Source: Lama glama (lineage: Eukaryota). From it: 64,000 nucleotides of DNA. The notes under the pieces are model-generated. The model ran no database searches and had not been told where the DNA came from. It saw only the letters and a program-made list of their open reading frames with translations. The position numbers were made by a program, and so were the translations under genes. Numbering within the stretch: the first letter of the stretch is position 1; every line of letters starts with the position of its first letter. The stretch covers positions 52,640,001-52,704,000 of the forward strand of contig CM052816.1 of assembly GCA_028534125.1 (NCBI GenBank). Reading direction: 5' to 3'. Below are positions 50,722 through 64,000 of this stretch, one piece after another.

Positions 50722-51300
50722 TGTTAAAAAAAAACATAATTTCCATACATACAGATGGCAAACTCATGCCAAAGTTTTATTAACTCATTAATGAAGGAAC
50801 CAGCAGCAAGACGAGAGCTGGTGTGAAGGAAATTTGAGACATGGGGATTATATAGTTAGTGGGGAAAGGAAGACTGACATAATATTACTGCATAGATACT
50901 AAATAAGTTAATGTGCTTTAGGCATGTTCTGGGGTTAACTTCTTTACCAGCCCTCCACCCCAATATATCATCACACCTTATCATTTTTCTAAAAGTTCAT
51001 CTCTTATTTACCAAGGTTGTAAAATGTCTGGGTCACAACCAAAGGGACAATTCCTGGGTGGGTCAGATGATCCTTCACAGACTTTTTAGAAGGTCATGCA
51101 GCCATCATTTTTGCCTTAATTTCAAGTTTTAGATAGTTTTTCTTGCACAATGACAAAAACTTTATGTCCTGGGTCCTTTGGAGTTTAAAGTTTGGAAATG
51201 TCAAAGCTAAGAAATGCTTCTTGTTCTCAACTTTCCTGCCATATGACCCTTCCTTTCTAGACCTAGGAGAGAACAATCCTAAACCAGTGTGGGGTTAGCA
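50722..51300 (-). mobile_element. LTR37-like ERV1 LTR
   Basis: 'catgccaaagttttattaactcattaatgaaggaaccag' is an LTR37 hallmark; right boundary uncertain. Confidence 0.55.
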
Positions 51301-51549
51301 AAGATCCAAACCCAAAGACTCAGTGTCAGCTTCTTCTGGAACTGGGGCTGTTGATGGACTGACAGGCACAGTGAATACCTCCCTCAGTTCCAGAACAATG
51401 ACATCCAGTACTCGACCCTCTTGGAAGGAGAGAGGAAAAAAGTTCTTGTTTATTTGGCCAGTCCAAAGAAAAGACTTAAACACAAGTCTTCCCCCATAAA
51501 TGAACTACCCAGATCCCCCTACAGTAAAGCCTTAGGATTGTCAAGCCTG

Positions 51550-52063
51550 ACCTATATATTCAGAGCTTCCAGGCAGCATATTAGTCCCCAGCTCTTAATC
51601 ATAAGCAGTCAGCCAAAGAACACCAGACAGCTGAGGGACGTCAGTTTGGAAGACAGAGATGCAAAGAAAGAGCAACTTGCAGAAAATAGTGAGAAGCATG
51701 CTTTTTAAGAAAGAAACCAATTATGAGTAATATGTTGGAGAGCTGCTAAGAAAAGATACTGTAGCCATGAAATGAGAACAGGACATTATATATCCCTCTC
51801 TCCATCATACACAAAGGAACATTCAGGGGTAAAAAAATGCTCCTGAAATTAAAAATATGATAGCAAAGGAAGAAGGGATGGAGGATAAAGTTGAATCCTT
51901 AACTTTAGAAAGTAAAGCAGAAATATAGAGAAATGGGAGACAAGTAGGCTTCATCTAAGAAGTCCAAAAGCCAAATAACAGGAATTCCAGAAAGAGAAAA
52001 CAGAGAAAATAGAAGGAAGAAATTACTGATGAAATGACTGAAAAAAAATTCCCAAAGTGAAGA
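51550..52063 (+). mobile_element. Ancient L1/HAL1 ORF1-like fragment
   Basis: 'gaaattaaaaatatgatagca', 'aggaattccagaaagagaaaacagagaaaat...aaaattccca'. Confidence 0.6.
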
Positions 52064-55000
52064 CTAGCGAGACAGGTGAACACAGGAAGTCATGGCTCAC
52101 TGGAGCAGAGTTTCCTGAGTGGAAACCACGGTGGGAATTGATGCCAGGATAGGAAAACCTGCACTATAATGGACGCTTTGCTGGAAGCTCTGTGGGGACA
52201 AGTATGAGTGTTAAAAACTCCAGGTGGACCCAGTTATAGAGTGGCCTCCACAATTTTGTGAAATTACCTCCAGGAGCTTGACCAGGTTCTCACAGTAAAC
52301 ATTAGAGACAAATCCCTTTGTGCTTCCAGCAGGGTCAGAGGCAAAAGAGCCATTTTGAAATACACCAGAGGGCTCAGTTCTATTTACCAAGGTCTGCCCT
52401 CAGGGAAGACTAACCAGAGCCTAACCGGCTGCAATATTATCAGAGCCTAACTGACCTAGATGAAGGGAAATATCCAACTCCAGCCCACTGTAGCCATTCT
52501 TTCTCACCTAAGGGGGAAGGAAAAAAACCTGAGCAAACCTTTAAAGTTCCCATCCATTCACTAAGAGACTGAGACCGAATCCAGGGACTACAGAATGCTT
52601 CCCCTCCCTCACACTCATCACATTACTAAAGTCCTGTTTACAACAGTCACTTTTACCTTGTACACCACGTCCAGCTATTAAGAAAAAAATTACAAAGCAT
52701 ATCAGAAGGCAAAACACACAACTTGAAGGGACAGAGAAAGCATCAGAATCAAACATGGCAAGGATGTTGGAATGATCAGATCAGGAATTTAAAACAACTA
52801 TGATTAATTGCTAAGGTCTCCAACAGAAAGTAGACGGCATGGAAGAGCAGAGGGCAATAAAAGCAGATAAGCAAATCCTAAAAAAGAACCAAAAAGAAAT
52901 GCTAGAGATAAAAAATGTTATAACAGAAATAAAGAATGCTTTTGACAGGCTTATTAGTAGCTTAGCAGATAAACATGGCTGAGGAAAGAATCTCTGAGCC
53001 TGAGGATATCGCAACAGAAACTTCCCAAACCGAAAAGCAAACAGAATAATATTTTGCAGTTTGGGACAGCTACAGAAGAGTGTAACATACACATAATAGA
53101 AATACCAGAAGGAGAAGGAAGGTAGAAGAACAGAAGAAATATTTGAAATGACAATGATTAAGAATTTCATATTAATGTCAGACATCAAACCACAGATTGA
53201 AGAAGCTCAGAAAACACCAAGAAGCATAAATGAAAAAAACAAAAACTGAAACATATCATTTTCAAACGACAGAAAATCAAAGATAAAGAAAAAACCCTGA
53301 AAGAAGCTAGAGGGAAATTTTTTTTTACCTATAGATGAACAAAGATAAGAATTACATCTGACTTCTCCTCAAAAACCATGCAAGCAAGAAGAGAGTGAAG
53401 TGAAACCTTTAAAGTATTGAGAGGGAAAAAACCCATCAATCTAGAATTCTGTACCCAGCAAAGTTAACCTTCAAAACTGAGGGAGAAATAGAGACTTTCT
53501 CAGACAAACAAAAATTGAAGGAATATGTTGCCAGGAGGTCTGCCTTGAAAGAAATTTTAAAAGAAATTCTTTACAGAGGCAGAAAATCAGAAACTCAGAT
53601 TTACATAAAGAAGAGTATTGAAGAAGGAAAAAGTATAGGTAAAAATAAAAACTTTTATTCTCTTATTCTTAATTGATCTAACAGGAAACAGTTTGTTCAA
53701 AATAATAAAGCAAAAATCTGTTCAATTATGTACACTTATATATATAATTGAAATGAATAACAGCAATTCATGGGACAGGAAAATTAGAACTATTTTGTTA
53801 TTAAAAGGTACTTACACTACCCATGAGGTGGTATATAGTGTTTTTTAAAAGTGGACTTGGATTAGTTGTAAATATGTATTGTAAACACTAAGACCACCAT
53901 TAAAAACAGTAAAAAAAAAAAAAAAAAGAATTATAGTGGATATATTAAGAAAGGAGAGAAAATGGAGTTGTATCAAATGCTCCTAAACTACAAAAGGCAG
54001 AAAAAGAATAGAAGAAAAAATAGGAACAAAGAACAAGAGCAATAAGTAGAAAACAGAACACATATGGTAGATTTTAATCCAAATATATCAATAATAACTT
54101 TGAACGTCAGTGGTCTAAATGCACCAATTAAAAAGCAGTCTGAATAAGCCTATATCTACTAAAGAAACTGAATAACAATTAATGACCTCCAAACCAGAGA
54201 GTACCAGGCCCAGAGGGTTCACTGGTGAATTCTACCAAAAATTTAAGGAAGAAGTTTTACCAATTCTCTATAATCTCTTTCAGGGTGTAGAAGCAGAGGG
54301 AATACCTCCTAATTCAGTCAAAAAGGACAGCATTACCTTCATACCAAAACCAGATGAATACATCATAAGAAAAGGAAGCTACAGGACCAGTACCTCTCAT
54401 GAACACAGATGCCAAAGTCCTCAACAAAATATTAGCAAATCAAATCCCAAAACATGTAAAATAAATTATACACAACAACCAAGTTGGATTTATCCCAGGT
54501 ATGCAAGGCTGGTTCAACATTCAAAAATCAGCTAATGTAATTGATCACATCAATAGGCTAAAGAAGAAAAATTATATGATCACATTAACAGATGCAAAAA
54601 GACATTTAACAAAATCCAACACCTACTCATGACAAAAACTCTTCAGTAAACTAGGAATAGAGGGGAACTTACTCAATTTGATAGAACACAAAAAAACCCA
54701 CAGCTAACATTAGACTTAGTGATGAGAAACTCGAAGCTTTCTCACTAAGATCTGGGACAAGGCAAGGATATATCCTTTCATCACTTTTCAACATTGTACT
54801 GGAAGTACTAGCAAAGCACTAAGACAAAAATAAGAAAGTTATACAAATAGGGAAGGAAGAAATAAAACTGTTTTTGTTTGTAGATGACACAACTTTTTAC
54901 GCAGAAAATCTGAAAGAATCAACAAAAACCTCCTAGAACTAATAGCTGAGTACAGCAAGGTTGTGGGATACAAAGTTAATACATAAAAGTTAATGGTTTT

Positions 55001-56943
55001 CCTATATACTACCAATGGACAAGGGAATTTGAAATTAAAAACACAATACCATTTATATTGGTGCTCCAAAAATGAAATACTTAAAACATAAAAATCTAGC
55101 AAAATGTGTACATACAGATTTATATGGGGAAAAGCACAAATCTCTGATGAATGAATTCAAAGAAGAACTAAATAAATGGAGATATTTCACACTGATGGAT
55201 AGGAAGAATATTGTCAAGATGTTAGTTCTTCCCAACTTAATCTATAGAGTCAATGCAATTTCAATGAAAATCCCAGCAAGTTATTTTGTGGGTACTGACA
55301 TACCAATCTTAAAATTTATTTGTAAAGGCAAAAGACCCAGAATAATCCATAAAACATTTAAGAAGAACAAAGTTGGAAGACTGATACTACTAGACTTCAA
55401 GACTTACTATAAAGCTACAGTAATCAAGACAGTGTGGTATTGGTGAAAAAATAGACAAAAAGATTAACAGAACAGAAAACAGAGTCCCCAAATAGAACTA
55501 CATAAATATGGCCAACTGATCTTTGACAAAGGAGCAGAGGTAACACAATGGAGCAAAGATGGTCTCTTCAACAAATGGTGTTGAAACAACTGGACATCCA
55601 CATGCAAAAAAAAAAAAAGGATCACAGCCCATTAACTCAAAATGATCATAGACTTAAATATAAAACAAAGCTATAAAACTCCTGGGAGGTAAAATGGGAA
55701 AAGACCTATACAGCTTTGAATATGGTGATGACTTTTTAAATACAAAAAAGGTGTGATCTATGAAAGAAATAATTGATAAAGTGGACTTCATTAAAATACA
55801 AAACTTATGCTCTGGAACAGATAATGTCAAAAGAATGAGAAGACAAGCCACTGACTGGGAAAAACGTTTGCAAAAGACATGTCTGATAAAGGACTGTCAT
55901 TCAAAATATATTAAGAACTCCTAAAGCTCAACAATAAGAAAGTGAACAATCCAGTTAAAAAATGGGCCAAAGATTTGAACAGACACCTCACCAATGAATC
56001 TTCTACAGATGGCAAATTGCATGTAGAAAAGATGCTCTACATCATGTGTCATTAAAACAATAATGAGATACCACCACACACCTATTAGAATAGCCCAAAT
56101 CTGGAACCATGACAACCAAGTGTAAGCAACAACTCATTGCAGTGGAGATGCAAGATGGTACAGTCACTTTGGAGGACAGTTTGACAGTTTATTACAAAGC
56201 TAAACATACCCTTATTGTATGATCCAGTAATCACACTCTTTGGTATTTATTCAAAAGAAGTGAACTTTATGTTCACACAAAAACCTGCATTTACTCATAA
56301 CTGCCAAAACTCGAAAGCAGCCAAGATGTCCTTCAGCAGGTGAATGGATAAATAAACTGTAATATATCCAGGCAGTGGAATATTATTTAGCATTAAAAAG
56401 AAATGAGCTCTCAAGTCATGATAAGATATGGAGGAAACTCAAAAGCATATTAATAAAGGAAAGAAATCAATCTGAAAAGGCTACATACTCTATGATTTCA
56501 ACTATATGACATCCTGGAAAAGGCAAAACCATGGAAACAGTAAAAGATCAGTGGTTGCCAGAGGCTGGTGAGGGGTGGTGGAGAGGGATAAACAGAGGAT
56601 TTTATTTGTCTCTATGTAGACCACAGAGGAATTTTAGGGCAGTGAAAATACTCTGTGTACTATAATGGTAGATGCATGTCATTATACATTTGTCCATGTG
56701 CATAGAATGTACAATACCAAGAGTGAACCCTAAGGTAAACTACAAACTTCGAGTGATTAAGGTAAGTCAACATAGGTTTAACACTTGTAATGAATGTTCT
56801 ACTTTGGTGGGGGATGTTGGTAATGGAAGAGGCTATGCATGTGTGGGGGCTGGGGTATAAGGGAAATTTTACACCTTCCTCTTAATCTTGCTGTGAACCT
56901 AAAACTGCTGTAAAAAAAATAGTCTGAAAAGTTCAAACAACAA
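52064..56943 (+). mobile_element. L1MC1-like element (5' region, ORF1, internally deleted ORF2, 3'UTR), decayed
   Basis: ORF2p remnants (GFTGEFYQKFKEE, KYL...DLYGE.HKSLM, DFKTYYKATVIKTVWYW); L1MC1 3'UTR 'ccaagagtgaaccctaa...ctgtgaacctaaaactgct'. Confidence 0.92.
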
Positions 56944-56949
56944 AAAGTG

Positions 56950-57650
56950 AAAAATCACCTATAATTCCACCTCACACATAGAATAATTGCTAGTATTTGT
57001 ACACACACAATTAAAACAGGAATATGCTACGCATACATTTTTGCTACTTGCTTTCTTATTCTACAGTGTGTTGTAGCCACAAATAATATGGGATTGACCT
57101 TAATTTTCAATGGTTGCATATTATACCATATGTCGGGAATATACCACCATCTGTTTTAACTACTTAATAGAATATATTTCATCTACGTGTGTGTATCTGT
57201 GTGACTATGTGTATATGCACATAGGTATACTTGTCTGGTTATCACCATTTTATAAATTTCTAGGAATGGAATGAATGACTGAAAGAGAATGCTCATGTAC
57301 TATTTTGATACATAATGCCAAATTTCACACCAGAAAGGTGGTACCAATTTATGCAGCCATCACTGCTAACAAGAGTTCGCTTTTCCAATGCTAGGTGTTG
57401 GAAATCTTTTTTCTCTTTGCCAATTTTAGGCAAAGAAATGATATCTCGTTATTTTTAATGGGCATTTTTTTGTGTCCAGAAATGTTGCACATATTTCCAT
57501 GTGTATATTGGCCATTTGTGTTACCTCTTTTAAAGTTTGCTTACCTATGTGCTCATCCATTTTTTCTATAGGGATGTTAGTTAGTCTTTTCTCACTGATT
57601 TATTAGAACTCTTCGTATTGGGAATATTGATTCTTTGTCCTGAATAATGC
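56950..57650 (-). mobile_element. L1ME-type fragment
   Basis: 'aaaatcacctataattccac', 'ccagaaaggtggtaccaatttatgc', 'tattggccatttgtg'. Confidence 0.75.
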
Positions 57651-57762
57651 ACAATGATCGTTTAAATATGGTTTTCATGAAGCTGGTCTCCAATTTTATT
57701 TTTTCTCTTCCCACTAGATTTGTTCAATCCTGGATTTGTTCCATCTTTTTTTTTCCCTCAAG

Positions 57763-57838
57763 TTTTTTTTTTTTTTATTGAAGTATAGTCAGTTTACAAT
57801 GCTGCGTCAGTTCCTGGTGTACAGCATAATAATTCAGT
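57763..57838 (-). mobile_element. Short L1 3' end
   Basis: T-tail plus 'attgaagtatagtcagtttacaatgctgcgtcagttcctggtgtacagcataa'. Confidence 0.85.
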
Positions 57839-58049
57839 AATCCTGGAACATTCTGTGCAAGCTCTGTAAAAGGCCTATTGCTTGTTACCCTGGGCATATT
57901 TCTTTCTGTGTATAGCACTGTGTTCTGTCTGTATCTTTAAGTTTCCTTAACATCCTGAGGGACTCCTCAGCGATGAGAAGGATTTCGACTTTTTGGTGAA
58001 AAGAGAACATCTTCCAGTTTTATAACTATCTGGAAAAAAAATTCTATTC

Positions 58050-58250
58050 CTCACCTGTGCTCAAAGTCCTACCTGCTAATCACATGATGAGTCTTTTTGG
58101 CATAGCCAGACTCCTTCCTGAGTCATCTCGTTAGTGAAAATTTAGTTATGGTCCGAGGGGCCCACCATGAAAATCAAAGACATTTCTATCCCTTGGGAAA
58201 TTCCAAAGATTTAGAGGTTACCTCCCAGGAATGAGAGAGAAAGGCCAGCC
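58050..58250 (-). mobile_element. MER21C/MER77-like LTR fragment
   Basis: 'ggggcccaccatgaa...gggaaattccaaagatttagaggttacctcccaggaa...aaaggccag'. Confidence 0.7.
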
Positions 58251-58300
58251 ACTATTATTATTACTATTATTATTACTATTATTATTATTATTATTAATTA
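58251..58300. repeat. Imperfect (ATT)n repeat
   Basis: Read directly from the sequence. Confidence 0.9.
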
Positions 58301-60769
58301 GTGATTATGACAATGATATAATTACTAGTGTCTCCCACCTCTTCCACTTCAGAAGCAAAATGCCCTAACTCAGTGAAACTCCTATCTTTTCAGAGAGTGC
58401 TGAAGAAGTAAGTCTCATGCGGAAATCTGAGAAACAGCTGTGGACCTGCATTTCAATTCTGCTTTGGTGTGGAAGAGATCCTTGGCCTCAGCTTCAGGTA
58501 AGAGGGTTTCTGTTGGTTGATCCTCCCTGGCACACACTCTGAAATCTCATCAAACTGTTAATTTCCTTTCCTGTGAACACTCCCTTGTTAACCAGCCCCT
58601 GGGCATTTTCCAGCGGAAAATGGAATTGCTGGCTTTCCCTGGCTCCTGTTTATAGTCCAGTGAGTTGAAAGTTGAATCAAGTAATCACCATGTTCCATAC
58701 TGATAGAATGCAGGTGGAGGACCCAAAGCAGGAGAATGTCAAGAAGTCCATTTGGGTCCATTGGGACCAGTGGAGGGAAAGAAAACTGAAAAGGAGAAAT
58801 ATGCAGAGACTGAGACAGCAGAAGACACAACATTTAAATAGGAGCTGTTTTAATGAGACTGTGTCACCTCAGAGCCAACAGATGTCAGCAGATGGGATGC
58901 ACCTGTCCCTAGAGAGCCTCACAAAACAAAATCAAGCACCAGAGCCCAAAATGGAAACAGGAAAACCAAATCACACTCCCAGATATATGTTAGCAAATAA
59001 AGTCTCAGCTCCCAAAACAACAGGTGTTGCTCAGAGGGGGTACACCTATCATCCCCCCACACCTCTACATCTTCTGAAAGAAGAGCACTGCTCAGGCAAT
59101 TTTAGAGCCTGCCTCTTTGGTCATTGTTAGTGCGATGGATTTGCACCACCAACACTCACTCATCTGTTTAAATTAAGTCAGATGGCTTTGGCTATAAAGA
59201 ACCTGTGGAGTTAGTGCAGCCCAAGTCTCTGGGGTCTGTTTTGCAAGAGGATATTTTAACTCAGGTGATGAATTCACTAGGACTTTGGAGGATGGAGAGA
59301 GGAAATCTGGTAGAGCCTTTTTTTCTTGCTATTGTTAAGGGCAGCTCTTGGAACAAAGGAGAATCAGGAGATGAGGTGGCTGGTGTATATATGTTAACCT
59401 AACTTAACCCCTAGTATGCAGTGCAAAAATCTACTGAGCTTTTGCTAAGTGAGGAGGGCAGATGGTGGAGGAGGGGTCTCTACATGAGGCTACTAATCTG
59501 ATCGGTCAGACCTCCCCTTCCTTCCCAGGATGTTTGTGTTAATTCTCCACTTGTATCAGGGAAAGGCATTTTGGAGGCCTCGGGTAGTGTCCTCACTCTC
59601 CACTCCCCTCCTGCAGAATTGCTGCTCCTGGGGCTGTGTACAGACATGAGGGGAAAGGTTATTCCAGAAATACTCCATTTCAGTCTCTAAGGATGACGTT
59701 CCAGGGACAGGTTTACGCTTTCTGAGTTGCTGCTCATCAAGACAGGCGCCAATGGTGACTTAAGGAGAGAAGAAGCTGAACTGTAATAATAAACAGTGGC
59801 CAAAATCAGAGTGCAGGGTTTCGGGCAGGCTTCCCACCCAGGCTCCAGCTGGGCAAAGACCCTGCCTTTGTTAATATCTTTGTTGCCACAACAAAGGCTC
59901 ACCTTTCCCCACCACGCCCCCATCTCTACATTCCTCTCCCTGCAAAGATGGGACACCTCTTGTAAACCCCGGGATCCTACTTGAGTCCCCTGAGAGGTTT
60001 CAGAATTACTGTTGGGGGAGGCACGCTGTTCCTTTCCAAGCTGCTGCTTAGTCACAAAGATCAATGCTGTGAAGAAACCACAAAAAAATAAGTGGAGGGG
60101 GTGGGTGGCCTTCAGACTCTTGCTATCCCCTGGGGTAGGATGGGCTGGTGGGAGGGGGTGGCGTGGCAGAAACACATTTGAAAGCAAGTCATGGGAAGGA
60201 TGGGAAGGACATTTTGGTATCTTTAAGGGTGCCCTAGGTGGAGGGCCTCAGGCCTCCAATACCAGATCAGCCCTAGGAAAAGATGCGACGGAAGCAGCCT
60301 GACTTCCGTGGCTCCCTAGCTCCTCTCCATCACTCCCACTTTCCCTGTACTTGTTCCTTCTCCTTTTTAGCAAAAATTAGTCCACTGGGGACTTGTGTGA
60401 CTCACAGTGGCTGCTGATTACCCTTCCAGAAGCACGTGGGGATGATCCTTTAAGTTAAAAAAACATACTTTGCATTTTTACTTTCATTGGGTGACGAGGA
60501 CATATTTGAGGGTAGGCTAGGGGGAACGGGGTATTTAACCATTTGTTCATTCCACAAATAATCATCGAGTCCTTGGTACATTCTGGACCCTGGTGGGGGC
60601 AAGATGGAAGGCCCTTCATGTCCTTTGGTCTTTCCACATCAATTGCTATGGCCGGTTTCCTCCTAAATTACCCAAGGGCAATACTCACCACCATGATTGG
60701 TGATTTTCTTTCAAAGTCAACATGTTCTATTCTCAACAAGGAAAGCATTAAGTCATGTGCGGTTGGCTC

Positions 60770-61085
60770 CAAGTTTAAATGCCTAGGTCTCTCTCTTCAG
60801 TTCCATACACAAACTTCCATTTATTTGCCTGTTAATCAGCTCTGTCCGTTTCTCCTGCAGGCACCTCAACTTCCACGTGTCCAGAGTCAAACACACTACC
60901 TTCCTGTGAGACTTGCTCTCCTCCTCCTGTGTGCTGTGTATCACTGAACGGTGTCTGTACCCAGCCCCAAGATCAGCAATTCTTCCCCTATTAGTTAGCC
61001 AAGCAGGCAGCCCCCATGGGCATCACTCTTGAAGACTCTTTCTTGCCCAATCTTTCAAACCAGTCACCAAGTCCTGACTATCCTA
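60770..61085 (+). mobile_element. L2 fragment
   Basis: 'caggcacctcaacttccacgtgtccaga', 'ccagtcaccaagtcctg'. Confidence 0.6.
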
Positions 61086-61725
61086 CTGCTTACAGAAGAA
61101 CAAATCTTGTCATGTCTTTAGGTCAGAATTGGCCAAAGGCATGCTTTAATTTCAAACACTTTGCCAGGAGAAAACTAAGCAGTCAGGTGCTTTCTGTCTA
61201 ATCTAATCCATTGAGTGATGGATTAATTAATACAATTATTGAGTTCACTTACAACTTAAGCAAGGAAATTCACTTTCCCACAACAAGCACATTTATGATT
61301 TAAATAAACAATTTCTTAAAAGAACGCATTTTCTATCCTCTGAGGTTATCACAAAACTTTAATGGTTATTCTGAGAGAATCCATAAGAGCTTTGTAAAAG
61401 TTGTGAATCTTGGCAAAACCCTTTCTCACTGAAAATCTTAAGCATAGAATGGAATCAGCATCGTGATTCAAGATGTAGAACGTGTACTTTTTTTTTTTCT
61501 CAAACATGTCCTGACAGTGGGCTGCTAAGAGCACACCTTAGAGACTGAACGTGTACATTTTAATCCCATTTGAGATCTCTGCCTCATGTGCATTATTGTT
61601 AAATTATACTCCTGTTGTCACTAGAATGTAAATGTGGGTTTTCCTTCCTTATTTTGCAGAGAAGGGCAGTAAATGACACAGCACTTAATTTTTGAAGTAC
61701 TTATGTCAATAATATGATTTATTTG

Positions 61726-62072
61726 TGTCTTAGTCCGATGGGCTGCTATAACAGAATACCATAGACTTGGTGGCTTAAACAACATTTGTTCCTCACAGTT
61801 CTGAGAAGTCCAAGCTCCAGGCACTGGCAGATTCTGTGTCTGGTGAGGGTCTACCTCCTGGTTCATAGACGGCCACCTTTTCACTGTTTCCTTACATAGT
61901 GGAAGTGGGGAGGAAGCTCTCTGGGGTCTCTTATAAGGGCATCAATTCCATTCATGAGGGCTCCACCCTCATGACCTGATCACTTCCCAATGACCCCACT
62001 TCCAAATACCATCACATTGAGGGTTAGGTTTCAACATATGAACATCAGAGGAGACACAATTAGCCTAAAACA
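61726..62072 (-). mobile_element. MLT1A0-like solo MaLR LTR
   Basis: 'tgtcttagtcc...gctgctataacagaataccatagact...ccattcatgagggctccaccctcatgacct'. Confidence 0.92.
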
Positions 62073-62467
62073 CTTCTCTTTATAGAGCTTCTCATAAAAT
62101 ATCATGGTGACCTAAGTCTTCAATTTTAACTGAGGTTAATTAGTGTTGAGATAACAATTTTCATTTCATATTCCTAAAATTCTCTTGTATCTATCTTCTT
62201 TTTCATCATCCCTACTGTCATAGCCCAAGTTTAGGCTCCATCACAATTTGCCTGGAGAACTCACTGACAGTCTTTTATGTGCGCTCTCTTTCCAGGCTTG
62301 ATATCTTCCCAACCATTCCCAAGACTGAATGACGCTTGCAATATGTGCAGATATGTTCTTGTAATTTGTCTGTTTTAAGGTATTTATGGGCTTCCCTTTG
62401 CTCATAGATTAAATAGAAACCCTTTAGAGTGGCCTAATAGGCCCTGTGTAGAAAATGAGTAAAGATC

Positions 62468-63260
62468 TGTGATATTGTGATTTAGAATAAGAAATATATA
62501 TTTGGTCTTTGTCCCTGTTTCTGGCATAGAGTTCCTAAAATGTTTGTAATTTCCTAAGTGATAATAGCAATAAAAGTGTCTTGATGTTCATAACAAACTC
62601 CTTTCAACCACACCTGAGTTTATGGTCATAACGTGACTTTTGGAAAGCAAGGATAGGGGATGGTTGCCAGGGGAACCAACCCTCTGATTGGAAGGTTGGA
62701 ACCTCAGTCCCATTCCCAACCTCTGAAAGGAGGGGAAAGGGGGTGGAGGCTGAATCAATCGCCAGTGGCCAATGATTTGATCCGTCATGCCTAGGTAATG
62801 AAAACCCAAAAGGTTGGATTCAGAGAGCTTCTGGATTGGTGAACACTTGGGGGTTTCACATTTGGGGCCTTGGGGAGAGAGGCACGCTCAGAGAGGGCAT
62901 GGAAGGAAACTCTGTGCTCCTTCTTACATACTTGCCCTGTGCATCGCTGCCAGCTGGCTATTCCTGAGTCATATTCTCCTACAACAAACTGGTAAACCTA
63001 AGTAAAGTGTTGGGGTTCTGTGAGCTGATCTAGCAAATTAATTGAACCTGAGGCAGGGGTCTTGGGAACCTGTGATCTATAAGAGTCGGTCAGAGGCCCA
63101 GTAACAACCTGAATTTGTGACTGATGTCTGAAGTGTGGGGTAGGGGAGACAGTCTCCTAGGACTGAGCCCTTAAACTGAGATTTGATGCTGTCTTCATGC
63201 AGACAGTATCAGAATTGAATTGAGTTCACTGCTTGGTGGTGTGAAAAAACACACACACAC
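62468..63260 (+). mobile_element. MER21(A/B)-like solo LTR
   Basis: 'tgtgatattgtgattt...aataagaaatatatatttggtc', 'gccaatgattt', 'gagagcttctggattggtgaacac'. Confidence 0.9.
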
Positions 63261-63284
63261 AGGACTCCTCCCTGAAATTTTCCT

Positions 63285-63815
63285 TTCATTCAGTCAGGAT
63301 TCAAAAAGAATCAAAGAAATCACTCTAGATATTTTAAGAAGAGGATTAGTACAGAAACTAGGTGTTTATTAAAGTTTTGGGAGAGCTTGGGATGTAGCTG
63401 GATCTCCAAGAATGCCATCACAACTGGCCTGCCAGGGGAGATGGTACCTTTGCCAAAATTAAGAAGGTAGGGAATTAGGACACACTTCTATGGCTACAAC
63501 TTCGGTGTTAGCAAGCTGCTGCCACCACCATGACACTGACCAACTATGAACCACCAACTAGACACTGGAACACTGCCGCAGGACAGCTCCACAGCTTCAG
63601 CAGAAATCAGCCAAGGCCGTCAGGACTACATAGCCTCTGTCTCAGCTCTGAACCCTCTAAATCTTGAGTCATATATGCAATTGTTGGGACCTGCTTTGCA
63701 TCCAGACCTCTGGTTGCAAGAGAATCTTGGAAAAGTAGTCTCTAGCCATCCAGGAAGACAAATAGAACAGAAGGTAGGAATGGGCACCAAAAGTGCCTAT
63801 CGGCCATCCCCAACA
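63285..63815 (-). mobile_element. LTR78/LTR79-like old LTR
   Basis: 'cagtcaggattca...aaatcactctagatatttt', 'tgcaagagaatcttggaaaagtagt'. Confidence 0.5.
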
Positions 63816-64000
63816 CATTTTTTCTCTTGCCTTCTGTTATGATACATATTCTGGTACCATAACCCTGTGGCACCTCATCTTCTACATGTTTCGTACATAT
63901 TGCTGTTACTCAGGATTCAGATCTATCTTTTTCTCACTCTGTAGACTCTTTCTGGGCAATTTTATGTACTCAATACACAAGGATTCCAAAATCATCATCT

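Noticed and set aside
58672..60947. 134-166 aa ORFs
   Set aside because: No recognisable protein features; consistent with chance ORFs in moderately GC-rich DNA
1..64000. CRISPR arrays, operons, rRNA/tRNA genes or a prokaryote-style defence system
   Set aside because: The sequence is mammalian; I saw no regularly spaced repeats, gene-dense ORF runs or structured RNA genes

Overview
Mammalian genomic DNA, not microbial. The L1 3' ends are of cetartiodactyl type and I saw no Bov-B/Bov-A/CHR/PRE SINEs, so a camelid is likely (inference). The first ~8.8 kb look like the 3' end of a + strand protein-coding gene that I could not name. It has a coding exon at 1780 that either reads through to a stop at 1887 or can use an internal donor at 1861/1862 to join two in-frame candidate terminal exons (2646, 8154); a poly(A) signal lies at 8785. 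The remaining ~55 kb are intergenic and dense in LINE-1, LINE-2, MIR and solo LTRs (MLT1, MLT2, LTR16, LTR37, MER21, ERV1-type), with a 500-N assembly gap. The most striking structure is a composite L1 at 8949-11952: a younger L1 appears to sit in register inside an older L1, with a ~116-bp duplication, a short 3' transduction and one outer target-site duplication (TSD). A strong CTCF motif lies at 46616. I found no support for a wholly new biological system. Repeat family names come from recalled consensus resemblance, and boundaries are approximate unless TSDs are given.
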